Positions 1 to 9,469 of a stretch of DNA of 64,000 nt are shown in pieces (the first letter of the stretch is position 1; the number at the start of each line of letters is the position of its first letter). This stretch comes from a virus (Duplodnaviria; Heunggongvirae; Uroviricota; Caudoviricetes), in IMG/VR virus record IMGVR_UViG_3300032893_000003, positions 14,633 to 78,632 of that record, one strand, 5' to 3'. Both the position numbers and the translations under genes were made by a program. The notes under the pieces were generated by a model. The model ran no database searches, was not told where the DNA came from, and was given only the letters and a program-made list of their open reading frames with translations.

Positions 1-3000
1 TTTTCGTCAGCCAAAGTCGACTATGTTCTGCCGCATCCTACAGCGCTCTTTAGCCATTCGACAAATCTCGTCCCATTCCTGAAAAACGATCAGGGCAATC
101 GCACGATGATGGCAGCTAAAATGTTGGGTCAGGCTATTCCTCTCGTGAACCGAGAAGCCCCCAATGTTCAAACGATGTCACCATCAGGCAGAACATTCCA
201 CGAAGAATTTGGCGAAAGGTTTTCGCTTAAAGCGCCCGCCGAAGGCACCGTTACGGCTGTCACTCCTGACTACATTAAAATCGGAAACGAGAAGATAACG
301 CTTTATAATAATTTTCCTCTCAATCAAAAAACAAGTGTCCATCACCAGCCCCTTGTCAAAGTGGGAGATAAAGTTCGAAAAGGGCAGCTCATAGCAGATA
401 GCAATTACACCCAAGGTGGAACCCTTGCAGTCGGTAAGAATCTAAATGTCGCTTATTTAGCTTATCCTGGCTACACTTTCGAAGATGGTATTGTCATCAC
501 CGAAAGTGCCGCGAAAAAGTTAGCTGCTGAACAGACTTATAAACACGCCTTTAAACTCGAAGCTGGAAAAAAGGAAACAAATCTTCGACGGTTTTTAAGT
601 TATTATCCGAACACCATGACCAAAGATATGATGGGCTTGTATGATCCAGAAGGCGTTATAAAAAAGGGCAGCGTTGTTAAGCCAGGTCAAATCCTGATTG
701 CGGGTCTTAACTATGCCGCCCATTCGCCAGAGAACATGACCCTCAGACGCTTAAGCCGCACGCTTACAATCCCGTGGTCAAATGCAGCCGTGAAATATAC
801 GGGCGAATTTGAAGGTGTTGTCACTGATGTTGTAAAGCGCGGAGATGAAATCAACGTCTTCGTTAAGGCTATAGAACCTGCTAGAGAGTCGGATAAGCTA
901 GCCGGCGTCCATGGAAATAAAGGTGTTATCACGAAAGTCATTCCAGATAGCGAAGCTCCCCGGACTAAGGATGGTCGCATCCCTGATATCCTACTTAATC
1001 CACATGGTATCATCGGTCGGATTAATATGGGGCAGCTTTACGAATCAGCAGCTGGAAAGATTGCTCAAAAGACTGGAAAACCTTACGTTGTTACGAACTT
1101 TGATGAGCACGAGACAAATAAAAAAGTCGAAGCTGATTTAAAAAAGCACGGGCTTTCCGATACGGAAGAAATGTTCACAGCAGACGGCAAGTCGCTCGGG
1201 CACGTGAACTTTGGAAGCCCTTATATCCTAAGACTAGCAAAGACTGGTAAAACCGGATTCTCAGCGCGTATGCCTGGTCAAGGATACGATGTGAATCGAC
1301 AACCTGTTAAAGGTGGCGAAGAGGGCTCTAAAGCTCTTGACCAACTAACATTCTTCTCCATGCTTTCTCACGGCGCTAAGAAGAACTTACTCGATGCTCA
1401 CGTAAAATCTGAGCGAAATGACGAGTATTGGCATGCTATTGAAATGGGTAAGATTCCCCCCACTCCACACACGACTTTTGCATTTGATAAGTTTATGAGT
1501 CTATTGCGAGGTGCTGGGATCAATGCGGACAAGCGCGGACCTGAGTTCGTGCTCGCCCCTATGACTGATGAAACGACAAAGAAATTAAGCAAAGGAAAGA
1601 TCAGCGAATTTAATTTTCTTTACGGTAAGAATTTAAAAGAAATCAAAGGCGGGATGTTTGATACTCAAATCACAGGCGGCATGAATGGAACAAACTATGC
1701 CCATATCGAACTGCCGGAGCGTATGCCAAATCCCGTGTTTGAAAACGCGATTAAGTCCTTAGCTAACATCAAGCAGCCTCAGTATGACGCGCTGGTTGCA
1801 GGGACTATGCATCTCGGAAAAGATGGAAGGCTATCTCAGACCCCATCTCCTGGTTCAAAGACAGGCGGTCCGGCAATTGCGGAGTTACTAAAAAACGTAA
1901 ATCCGGAAACAGAGATCCCGCGGTTAAAATTGCTTTTAAAGAAAACCACTAATGAATCGGACATAAATAAAATCAACAAAAAGATTCGTTATCTGGCAGC
2001 TTTAAGAGACATGGGCACTTCGGCTGATGAAGCCTATACGCGCAAACTTGTTCCAGTAGTTCCTCCGCAATATCGGCCAATCCAAGAGATTCAAAATCGC
2101 GGGCTTGTGGTCTCGCCACCCAACTACTTATATCAAAGTTTAGGAATACTATCCGAGGCTCACGATCATCCGGTTATGAAGTTCCTTGATGATTCTGAAA
2201 AGACACAGTTGCGCGCCGAAACCTACAAGGCTTCGCGGGCATTAGCAGGACTTGAAGATGTCTACACCCGCGGCAAAAGTCAGCCCACTAGGGGATTCAT
2301 TTCCCAGATTACCAACGCCACGCCGAAACAAGGCTTCTTCCTTGATAAGCTCATCACAAAGAAACAAGATATCGCCGGCCGCGGAGTTATCGTAAATGGA
2401 CCTGATTTACACATGGATGAGATCGGCATACCCGAGAAAATGGCAAAAACCATCTTCAGACCATTCACCGTACGAGAGTTTACAACTGCCGGCTACAAAC
2501 CAGATATGGCAAGAAAAGAAATAGAAGCAGGGACCCCGCTTGCAAAGCGTATGCTTGAAGCTGCAATGTCTAAGCGCACAGTTCTCATGAATCGCGCTCC
2601 TTCGCTCCACAAGTTTTCCGTCATGGCTTTTAAACCACGGCTCACAGAGGGTCTTGCTGTCCGCGTTCCGCCTCTTGTGTTTAAAGGTTACAATGCCGAC
2701 GTTGACGGCGATACGGTCACTCTACACGTGCCCGTAAGTGAAGAAGCCATTCGCGAATCAACGAAGATGTTTCCGTCAAATAACTTATGGAAACCTGGCA
2801 CGGGCGAGCTCATGACAACTCCTTCACAAGAAGCCGCCATTGGACTTTATTTCTTGTCTCAGAGCGAAAAGGGCCGCGGTGTGATTAATAACGCCTTACC
2901 GCCAAAGTATCACGTAACAAGCACCTTATCAGCTAGGGCCGCAAAAGAGCTCTATAACAAAATCGCTAAAGAAGACCCTGTCAAATTCCCGAACATCGTC

Positions 3001-4686
3001 CACAATCTGAAACTCTTAGGCGATAAGTATGCTTATGAAAGTGGATTTACTTCCACCATCAGCGACACTATTGCCGATACTAAAACGCGAGATGCCCTCT
3101 TTAAAAAAGCTGATATCGAGGCAGATAAGCTCAGAAAAGCGATGAAGCCTGGTCTTGAGCGCGACAACAAAATCGCAACGCTTTACGAAAAGGCAGCGCA
3201 AGACTCTTATCAAAACATCAAAGAACAGCTCAAGAAAAAGGACTCAAGCTTTTACCACATGGTTGAATCTGGCGCGCGTGGGAAAAACGAACAGCTCATG
3301 CAAATGGTCTCAGCTCCAGGGATCGTGATGGATGCAAAGAACCACAAAGTTCCAGTACCTCTTAAGAAGTCCTATGCCGAGGGAGTCTCGACTTCCGATT
3401 ACTTCATGTCAGCCTATGGTGTTCGTAAAGGGATGATGGACAGATCCATCCAAACAGAAAAACCTGGCGCTATGAACAAGGACATCATGGCGGCTGCAGC
3501 TGACCACATTGTTCACGAAGTTGATTGCGGCTCTAAAAAAGGTGTGACGCTACCGCTATCAAGTTCGGATGTGCAAGACCGAGTTTTGGCGCATGACCAG
3601 CACGGACTTGCGCGCAATACACCCGTCACTCCACAAGTGGTTGCCGCTCTCACAAAAGCCGGAATTAAAGACGTGACAGTCAGAACCCCTTTGCGTTGTA
3701 ATTCCTCTAAGGGAGTTTGTGCCCACTGCTTTGGTAAAGATGAATTTGGTCAGCTTCCGCAAGTGGGAGACAACGTCGGAGCCAAATCGGGCCAGACAAT
3801 GACAGAGCCTGTAACGCAATTCGTCATGAAAACTTTCCACACAGGCGGCGTATCGACAGGCGCACCCACAGCCAAAGGCTTTGAACGCGTCAGCCAGCTT
3901 CTCAATATGCCTAGCTACGTGTCTGGTGAAGCAGCCCTAGCCCGCCACAAAGGCCGCGTGACAAAGATCTCTAAAACGCCAGCCGGAGGTTATGATATTC
4001 AAGTTGAGGGAACTCCCCACATCGCACGCCCCGGGCTCACACCTCAAGTTAAAGTTGGGGATGTCGTCGAGGCTGGAGACAAGCTCACAGACGGTGTTAT
4101 TCGACCCCAGGAGCTTTTAAAACACAAAGGAATGCTCGCTGCCCAGAATTACATCGTCGATGAGCTTAAGAAAACCTACGCCCAACAGGGCGTTCCCATG
4201 CAGCGAAAAGTCTTTGAAACCGTAGTTAGAGCCGCCACAAACAACACTCGAGTTGTCGAAGCTCCTAAGCACACAGACTTTTTACCAGGGGATATTATCC
4301 CCTATACCACAGCGCTTCATTACAATGAGACCAGGAACGTGACAGTTCCGACAGACTCGGCTGCCGGGTATTTCTTAAAAGAGCCTGTTGGCAAGCTACC
4401 ACAGTTTCACGAAGTGACCCCAAAAGATGTACAATACCTAAAAGATATGGGCCATAAGCAGCTCTCTGTCTTAAAAGATCCGCTTATCCATGCGCCCATT
4501 ATCAAAGGTATAACCGAAGTTCCAGCCTTCCGTAAAGACTGGATGGCGCAGCTTGGATATCGCTACTTAAAACGCACACTCACTGAGGGTGCGGCGCAAG
4601 CTTGGAAATCGAATGTCGAAGGAGCACATCCGGTGCCAGCATTCGCTTACGGAGCAGGTTTTGGTAAAAAGAAGGAGCACTACTAA
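1..4686 (+). CDS. rpoBC: Multisubunit-type RNA polymerase, beta C-terminal half fused to beta' (5'-truncated by window)
   Basis: Frame 1 is open from base 1 (VPFLKNDQGNRTMM resembles beta IPFLEHDDANRALM). Beta motifs DKLAGVHGNKGV and PDILLNPHG. Beta' motifs VLMNRAPSLH, catalytic NADVDGD, CNSSKGVCAHCFG and trigger loop EPVTQFVMKTFHTGG, with no stop between the halves. Confidence 0.95.
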   Translation, partial: FSSAKVDYVLPHPTALFSHSTNLVPFLKNDQGNRTMMAAKMLGQAIPLVNREAPNVQTMSPSGRTFHEEFGERFSLKAPAEGTVTAVTPDYIKIGNEKITLYNNFPLNQKTSVHHQPLVKVGDKVRKGQLIADSNYTQGGTLAVGKNLNVAYLAYPGYTFEDGIVITESAAKKLAAEQTYKHAFKLEAGKKETNLRRFLSYYPNTMTKDMMGLYDPEGVIKKGSVVKPGQILIAGLNYAAHSPENMTLRRLSRTLTIPWSNAAVKYTGEFEGVVTDVVKRGDEINVFVKAIEPARESDKLAGVHGNKGVITKVIPDSEAPRTKDGRIPDILLNPHGIIGRINMGQLYESAAGKIAQKTGKPYVVTNFDEHETNKKVEADLKKHGLSDTEEMFTADGKSLGHVNFGSPYILRLAKTGKTGFSARMPGQGYDVNRQPVKGGEEGSKALDQLTFFSMLSHGAKKNLLDAHVKSERNDEYWHAIEMGKIPPTPHTTFAFDKFMSLLRGAGINADKRGPEFVLAPMTDETTKKLSKGKISEFNFLYGKNLKEIKGGMFDTQITGGMNGTNYAHIELPERMPNPVFENAIKSLANIKQPQYDALVAGTMHLGKDGRLSQTPSPGSKTGGPAIAELLKNVNPETEIPRLKLLLKKTTNESDINKINKKIRYLAALRDMGTSADEAYTRKLVPVVPPQYRPIQEIQNRGLVVSPPNYLYQSLGILSEAHDHPVMKFLDDSEKTQLRAETYKASRALAGLEDVYTRGKSQPTRGFISQITNATPKQGFFLDKLITKKQDIAGRGVIVNGPDLHMDEIGIPEKMAKTIFRPFTVREFTTAGYKPDMARKEIEAGTPLAKRMLEAAMSKRTVLMNRAPSLHKFSVMAFKPRLTEGLAVRVPPLVFKGYNADVDGDTVTLHVPVSEEAIRESTKMFPSNNLWKPGTGELMTTPSQEAAIGLYFLSQSEKGRGVINNALPPKYHVTSTLSARAAKELYNKIAKEDPVKFPNIVHNLKLLGDKYAYESGFTSTISDTIADTKTRDALFKKADIEADKLRKAMKPGLERDNKIATLYEKAAQDSYQNIKEQLKKKDSSFYHMVESGARGKNEQLMQMVSAPGIVMDAKNHKVPVPLKKSYAEGVSTSDYFMSAYGVRKGMMDRSIQTEKPGAMNKDIMAAAADHIVHEVDCGSKKGVTLPLSSSDVQDRVLAHDQHGLARNTPVTPQVVAALTKAGIKDVTVRTPLRCNSSKGVCAHCFGKDEFGQLPQVGDNVGAKSGQTMTEPVTQFVMKTFHTGGVSTGAPTAKGFERVSQLLNMPSYVSGEAALARHKGRVTKISKTPAGGYDIQVEGTPHIARPGLTPQVKVGDVVEAGDKLTDGVIRPQELLKHKGMLAAQNYIVDELKKTYAQQGVPMQRKVFETVVRAATNNTRVVEAPKHTDFLPGDIIPYTTALHYNETRNVTVPTDSAAGYFLKEPVGKLPQFHEVTPKDVQYLKDMGHKQLSVLKDPLIHAPIIKGITEVPAFRKDWMAQLGYRYLKRTLTEGAAQAWKSNVEGAHPVPAFAYGAGFGKKKEHY

Positions 4687-4874
4687 TGTTTACCAAAGGG
4701 TTTGAAAAAACAGCGATCCGCCTCAGTAGAATCGGCAGTAAAGCCGGCCGTCATCTCGCGCGCCACCGGAAAGATTATCTCATGGGAGCTGCAGCCGTGG
4801 GCTCGTTAGGCACCGCTTACGGAGCCAATAAAAGTAAGGAACTTGAAAAAGACCAGGCCTCAATTAGTGCCTAA
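4686..4874 (+). CDS. Small protein with MFxxGFxKxA leader (putative head cargo)
   Basis: Starts MFTKGFEKTA; ATG overlaps the RNAP stop (TAATG). Confidence 0.8.
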   Translation: MFTKGFEKTAIRLSRIGSKAGRHLARHRKDYLMGAAAVGSLGTAYGANKSKELEKDQASISA

Positions 4875-4887
4875 AGGAGCATTATCA

Positions 4888-5448
4888 ATGTCCGATGAAA
4901 TGGTAAAACTTGCGACTGAAGAGCTTAGAGAAATCGCAGAAGCTAAAGAATTAAAAAAGCATGGTTTTGTGGGCGGGTTTAAAAAGACGGCTGGAAAAAA
5001 GAAAAATAAACTTCGCTTTAGCCCGATGATGAGCCAAAAAGAAATCTGCAAATACATTGATAAAAAATCCGATCACGTTCCAAAGACTGGCTATGCAGAA
5101 GGTCCCGCCGATCAATATGTCTGGCACTTTGAAAAATCACTTCCGTTAGAGTTTGCGAAAGCGATTAAAAAAGACTGGCTCGGATGGTTCCAGGACGAAC
5201 AAGACGAATGGAAGTATAACCACGGACCCTATGAACGGTCCAATCACTTTGATAAATGGTCTGATGAGCCAGAGCTAAAACCCATTATTGTGGTCAAAGG
5301 AACTGACGGCAGACTCCATATTTGGGACGGACACCATCGTATAGGCAAGTGCTTAACGATAGGTAAAAAAGAAATCCCAGCTATAGTTGGGGTACGAAAA
5401 GATGGTAAATCTGATCGCGGAAAACCCGTTGCAGAAAAGAAAAAATAG
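4888..5448 (+). CDS. ParB/Srx-like domain protein with internal leader motif
   Basis: AAGGAG RBS before ATG 4888; PIIVV...WDGHHRI ParB-like motif; HGFVGGFKKTA near the N-terminus. Confidence 0.7.
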   Translation: MSDEMVKLATEELREIAEAKELKKHGFVGGFKKTAGKKKNKLRFSPMMSQKEICKYIDKKSDHVPKTGYAEGPADQYVWHFEKSLPLEFAKAIKKDWLGWFQDEQDEWKYNHGPYERSNHFDKWSDEPELKPIIVVKGTDGRLHIWDGHHRIGKCLTIGKKEIPAIVGVRKDGKSDRGKPVAEKKK

Positions 5449-5450
5449 CC

Positions 5451-5762
5451 ATGTTCACCAACGGATTTTTAAAAATAGCTAAATTTGATATAGCCGCTGC
5501 CGATAAAGAAATCGACAAAGGTGTTCATAAGATTCAGGTCGATACTGCCTATAAATGGGGTGGACTTGCTATCGCGGCTTACCAGAGATATCTCAAGACT
5601 AAGGACCCCAAATGGCTATTTGATGGCGATGAGTACTATCACGAATCGGTTGAACATGCGGCTTTAACTGAATACAAAAACCCCAAAACTCTGAAAGCTG
5701 TGCAAAGACAAGTGGGGCCAATCAGAGAGAAATCCCATAAAGAATTTGGCGCACTGGAGTAA
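5451..5762 (+). CDS. Hypothetical protein with leader MFTNGFLKIA
   Basis: Tightly packed ORF carrying the leader motif. Confidence 0.8.
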   Translation: MFTNGFLKIAKFDIAAADKEIDKGVHKIQVDTAYKWGGLAIAAYQRYLKTKDPKWLFDGDEYYHESVEHAALTEYKNPKTLKAVQRQVGPIREKSHKEFGALE

Positions 5763-5764
5763 CA

Positions 5765-6922
5765 ATGTTTATCGAGGGGTTCTTAAAAATAGCTTATCTC
5801 GAAAAGCGCCCTTACAAGTCGCTCGAGATCGGTAAGCTCAACCCCTCAAAAGAAGATGAAGCCTGGACTGCCAAAATCGACGGAGCGCATACAATCATCA
5901 ACATGAAAAAGGGAAAAATGCCGAGGCTTTTTTCCCATAGAATTTCAAAACGCACGGGCAATCCTATCGAATACACTCCAAAGCTCACTCATATTAAGAA
6001 CAAAAGTCCTGTGACAGCAGTTCTGCGTGGCGAAACCTTTGCAGTCGATGAAAAAGGCAAAGCTGTCCATCCAGATACCGTCACAGCCATGCTCAACAGA
6101 ACGGTTGAAAGATCTCTAGAACTTCAGAAAGAAAAGGGCATAAAAACTAAAGTTGCTCTCATCGATGTCGACGAGATTGGCGGCAAATCTGCCTACAATA
6201 AGCCCTTTGAATTTAAGAGAAAATTTATGGAAGGAATAGCAAAGAAGAACCCAGACTTTGTTCTACCTTCTATTGCCTACACCCAGTCTGAAAAAAAGAC
6301 TTTACTCAAAAAAATTCAGACCCATAAACTTCCAGAGACTAAAGAAGGACTCATCGTCCACAACCTCCATGAGCCTGAAAAACCCTTTGCAAAAGCTAAG
6401 ATAACCGCTGACCATGATGTCTACGTGACAGGGATTTACAAAGAAGAAAGCCCTACTGGCCGTCAGCCTATGGCCGGGGGTTTTGAATATTCCTGGGATC
6501 CTGGTGGCGAGATGGTAGGTCGAGTAGGAACTGGCTTTAGCCACGCGATGAAAGTGGACATGCTTAAAAATCCTGAAGATTACATCGGACGGGCAGCCAA
6601 AGTAACGGCCCACGATATCTCTCGAAACAAGGTCTTAATGAAGCCTTCTTTTCAGGGCTGGCACGTGGAAAAGAATATAGGGGATAACCCAGGGTTTGCT
6701 AAGCAAACCGTGATCATAGATAAATCACTGGTCAAGGATAGGGCTCACGCCCAGACCCTGGCCAAACCCTTTGCCGATCGCATTTATACGTCCAGGGAGA
6801 CGGGCTCTAGCTTTCGTTTTAGACAGCTTCCGCCAGGAAAATTCGTCCCAGGGACGTTTAAGACCTTCAAACCTAAGGAAGGAATTGCTATAGTGTATGG
6901 ACAGCTTAAAAAGGAGAAGTGA
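5765..6922 (+). CDS. ATP-dependent DNA ligase-like protein with leader and an extra C-terminal domain
   Basis: AKIDG (KxDG adenylation motif), RGETF, KEGLIV, AKAK, OB-fold GRVGTGFS; N-terminus MFIEGFLKIA. Confidence 0.8.
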   Translation: MFIEGFLKIAYLEKRPYKSLEIGKLNPSKEDEAWTAKIDGAHTIINMKKGKMPRLFSHRISKRTGNPIEYTPKLTHIKNKSPVTAVLRGETFAVDEKGKAVHPDTVTAMLNRTVERSLELQKEKGIKTKVALIDVDEIGGKSAYNKPFEFKRKFMEGIAKKNPDFVLPSIAYTQSEKKTLLKKIQTHKLPETKEGLIVHNLHEPEKPFAKAKITADHDVYVTGIYKEESPTGRQPMAGGFEYSWDPGGEMVGRVGTGFSHAMKVDMLKNPEDYIGRAAKVTAHDISRNKVLMKPSFQGWHVEKNIGDNPGFAKQTVIIDKSLVKDRAHAQTLAKPFADRIYTSRETGSSFRFRQLPPGKFVPGTFKTFKPKEGIAIVYGQLKKEK

Positions 6923-6924
6923 CC

Positions 6925-7185
6925 ATGTTTACCGACGGATTTAACAAGGTGGCAAAAGAGCTTACTACCGCTGCGCGTAAAAAAATACCGAAGAGCGAGT
7001 TTGCTCTGCCTGGTGCACACAAAGGCGAAGCCAATGAAGGAAAGTATCCGATTCCTGATAAGGCTCATGCTCGAAATGCTTTGGCCCGCGTAAGTGCGTA
7101 TGGCACACCGGAAGAAAAAGCCAAAGTGCGCGCGAAAGTGCATAAGGAATTTCCGGAGATCGGCAAAGATCATAAAGAAGACTAG
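6925..7185 (+). CDS. Small phage protein (YPIPDKAHARNALARV domain, possibly DUF6582-like) with leader MFTDGFNKVA
   Basis: ATG 6925 after AAGGAG; the domain is recognised from memory only. Confidence 0.75.
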   Translation: MFTDGFNKVAKELTTAARKKIPKSEFALPGAHKGEANEGKYPIPDKAHARNALARVSAYGTPEEKAKVRAKVHKEFPEIGKDHKED

Positions 7186-7187
7186 CC

Positions 7188-7355
7188 ATGTTCGTCCGCG
7201 GCTTTGAAAAAACTGCTAAAATAAAAAAGCCGCAGAAGAAATGCGTCTGTGCTGACGATCGCCCTGGTATTGACCAAAATATTCGGGCACAGCGGCCAGC
7301 GGAATTAGTCGATCGCCCGCTTGAAGGAGGACACGATGTTTACAGCTGGGTTTGA
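7188..7355 (+). CDS. 55-aa leader-bearing protein missed by the ORF track
   Basis: Manual translation: MFVRGFEKTAKIKKPQKKCVCADDRPGIDQNIRAQRPAELVDRPLEGGHDVYSWV*. Confidence 0.75.
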   Translation: MFVRGFEKTAKIKKPQKKCVCADDRPGIDQNIRAQRPAELVDRPLEGGHDVYSWV

Positions 7356-7809
7356 AAAAACAGCCCTCTCAGTACCAAGCCCGGGTGCCGCTATCGGCGC
7401 TCTGAAAGGTACTGCGCGATCAGCGACTAAAGCTGTAAAAGGTGCCGTTGAAAAGTTCAAAGGGCGAGAGTACGAAAAAGGTGTTCAAGCCTTTAGAAAA
7501 GCGACCACTGGAAAAGCTCGCGAAACAGGCACTAGTCTTTATGGAGCGCGCGCGCGAAAGCTCCAAGCCAAAGGCAAAGCTCCATCTTTTGAAGAAGCTG
7601 AGCAGATGGCTAGAAAATCAAAAGCAGATGTCTATAAAAGAAAAGCCACCATGGCAGAAAGTAAAAAAGCACGCGAGCCCTCTTTCGCCCGCAAGCATCC
7701 TTTCCTGACTGCAGGCGGTTTGTATTTAGCCGGCCGCGCAGCTTTTGGCGGCGGTGATGAAGATAAGCAGACCTCGCCACAACCGCAAGTTTATCAACCT
7801 AACTATTGA
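7336..7809 (+). CDS. Basic Ala/Lys-rich protein with leader MFTAGFEKTA
   Basis: AAGGAGG RBS before ATG 7336. Confidence 0.8.
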   Translation: MFTAGFEKTALSVPSPGAAIGALKGTARSATKAVKGAVEKFKGREYEKGVQAFRKATTGKARETGTSLYGARARKLQAKGKAPSFEEAEQMARKSKADVYKRKATMAESKKAREPSFARKHPFLTAGGLYLAGRAAFGGGDEDKQTSPQPQVYQPNY

Positions 7810-7814
7810 TAGGT

Positions 7815-7836
7815 AATTAAAAGCCCTTGTGGGCTT
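7815..7836 (-). terminator. Possible intrinsic terminator
   Basis: Minus strand AAGCCC-ACAA-GGGCTT followed by TTAATT, at a convergent boundary. Confidence 0.45.
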
Positions 7837-8202
7837 GACACGGGGATCGCCCCCGCAGCGTTTCCCAAAGCTTGCCGCCTTGGGATAGGCTACGGCACAC
7901 CCAGCTCGTGGTTGGCGAAGAATGCTCTTTCTCAGCGTGTATAACAAAGAATGCTTAGGTGACGACTTCATCTTGACCTTTCTAAACTGACGAAACTCTA
8001 CAACTAGAACACTTTTGAAAGACACAGGCAGTTTCGAGATCCTCGCAGTTCCCCTCGAACTGGCGAAGACATCCTTGTGGTATTTGACAACATACATACC
8101 ATATAATGAATGCAATCCATTACGTCTCCCCTGAACACAGGAAGCTGTCTGTCCTCTTCGTACTCGCAAGCGACAATTCTGACGATTGTCTCTATTACTA
8201 TT

Positions 8203-8229
8203 CTTATACCCGAAAAAGGGCTATTTTAG
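8203..8229 (-). promoter_or_regulatory. Phage promoter motif copy (CTAAAA-N15-TATAAG)
   Basis: Nearly identical to the copy at 24625-24651. Confidence 0.6.
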
Positions 8230-8661
8230 GGGCTTATAAGCCGGACAACATACATCCCCGGGCGCGGTCCCAAGAAGAATGCAAGAATCCTCCTCTTTGC
8301 CGTCTTCGAGGCAGGGTCCATGCCTAAAGTAAGAACATCCCGCACACCGCGGAAGCTCACCTGAAGCAGACATAGCCTGCTTCACGGCGAGTGGATAATC
8401 TTTAAATTGGATGGGTTTCCAGATGCGTTTTAGGCGCTTGTGGTTACGCGCTTCTTGCCATAGAGGCCCCAGGTACATGAGCTTACTCTTTTCTTCGTAC
8501 ATAAGATCAGAGAGCTGCTCATCTGGAGCATCTATGAACTGTTTAAGGACAGGCCGCTCGTTAGAGAGGTCCTTGATAAAAGCTCTAAAACCATCGATGT
8601 CGTGATTAACATAGATCGCGTGGAGTCTCTTTCGTTCTCTTTTTAAAGCTGCCTTGTCCAT
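8221..8661 (-). CDS. Hypothetical protein, Cys-rich C-terminus
   Basis: 146-aa ORF with GAGG RBS; CAGC..C..C..C cluster. Confidence 0.75.
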   Translation of the reverse strand: MDKAALKRERKRLHAIYVNHDIDGFRAFIKDLSNERPVLKQFIDAPDEQLSDLMYEEKSKLMYLGPLWQEARNHKRLKRIWKPIQFKDYPLAVKQAMSASGELPRCAGCSYFRHGPCLEDGKEEDSCILLGTAPGDVCCPAYKPLK

Positions 8662-8673
8662 AATTACCTCAGA

Positions 8674-9102
8674 TCAAAAGGGTATAGCATCGTCTTGGTT
8701 AAAGGTCGGAGGTGGTGTTGCACTTCCTGGAGGAACAGGATCCGGAGCGCCAGCGCCGGCACGACCGTCAGGATTACCGCCTAAGAACTGAACAGTACTT
8801 GCTACAACTTCTGTCGTGTAATGCTTTTGTCCTTGTTGGTCATCCCAGCTTCGAGTTTGGAGTTCGCCTTCGACGTAAACTTGGCGACCCTTCTTGAGAT
8901 ACTTACCGCAGCTCTCAGCAATTTTGTTCCAGGCGATGACCCGATGCCACTCGACCTTTTCCTGTTTTTGTCCTTGGTTGTCCGTCCATTTTTTAGACGT
9001 TGCAATTGAGAGTTTAGCGACAGTCGCTCCTCCGTTTTGCAGAACCTTTACATCTGGATCTGCACCCAGATTCCCAATTAACTGGACTTTGTTTAAACTC
9101 AC
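8674..9102 (-). CDS. ssb: Single-stranded DNA-binding protein
   Basis: GTG start after GGAGG; LNKVQLIGNLGADP, EWHRV, VYVEGELQTRSW, acidic DDAIPF tail. Confidence 0.97.
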   Translation of the reverse strand: MSLNKVQLIGNLGADPDVKVLQNGGATVAKLSIATSKKWTDNQGQKQEKVEWHRVIAWNKIAESCGKYLKKGRQVYVEGELQTRSWDDQQGQKHYTTEVVASTVQFLGGNPDGRAGAGAPDPVPPGSATPPPTFNQDDAIPF

Positions 9103-9163
9103 CTTATCCTCCTCTCCCACCAATCGGCAGGCATCATGAAAGCATAATTGCTTTCTTAAAATT

Positions 9164-9190
9164 CTTATTACCTAAAGTAGGCTAAATTTG
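9164..9190 (-). promoter_or_regulatory. Promoter motif copy upstream of ssb (CAAATT-N15-AATAAG)
   Basis: Same spacing as the other copies. Confidence 0.45.
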
Positions 9191-9192
9191 AC

Positions 9193-9417
9193 CTATTCTA
9201 GATATTTACCAAGCCGTTCCCATCCAAGTCTTTCCCATACAAACAAGGGATAAGCATTTGGCATCATCTTTACAATACTGCCCTTATCATCAAAAATGGA
9301 CATCGTAAAAAATGTCAGGTCGCCATTAGGAATGGCAAGAAATATATCTCCTTCTGGACTGAGCCACCATTCCGAATGCTGGGCAACATCGATACCTTTT
9401 TGAGTTTCCATAGGCAA
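9193..9417 (-). CDS. Hypothetical protein
   Basis: 74-aa ORF filling the gap. Confidence 0.6.
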   Translation of the reverse strand: MPMETQKGIDVAQHSEWWLSPEGDIFLAIPNGDLTFFTMSIFDDKGSIVKMMPNAYPLFVWERLGWERLGKYLE

Positions 9418-9469
9418 ATATTGCCTAGTGAGATGACCGCAGTCAACAGTTGTGGTAGGATTTAGACCT

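Noticed and set aside
8084-8107. Perfect TTGACA and TATAAT hexamers on the plus strand
   Set aside because: The spacer is only 12 nt and no plus-strand gene follows.
7726-8169. 147-aa minus-strand ORF from the track
   Set aside because: No RBS, overlaps a real gene on the other strand, and runs through a terminator-like hairpin.
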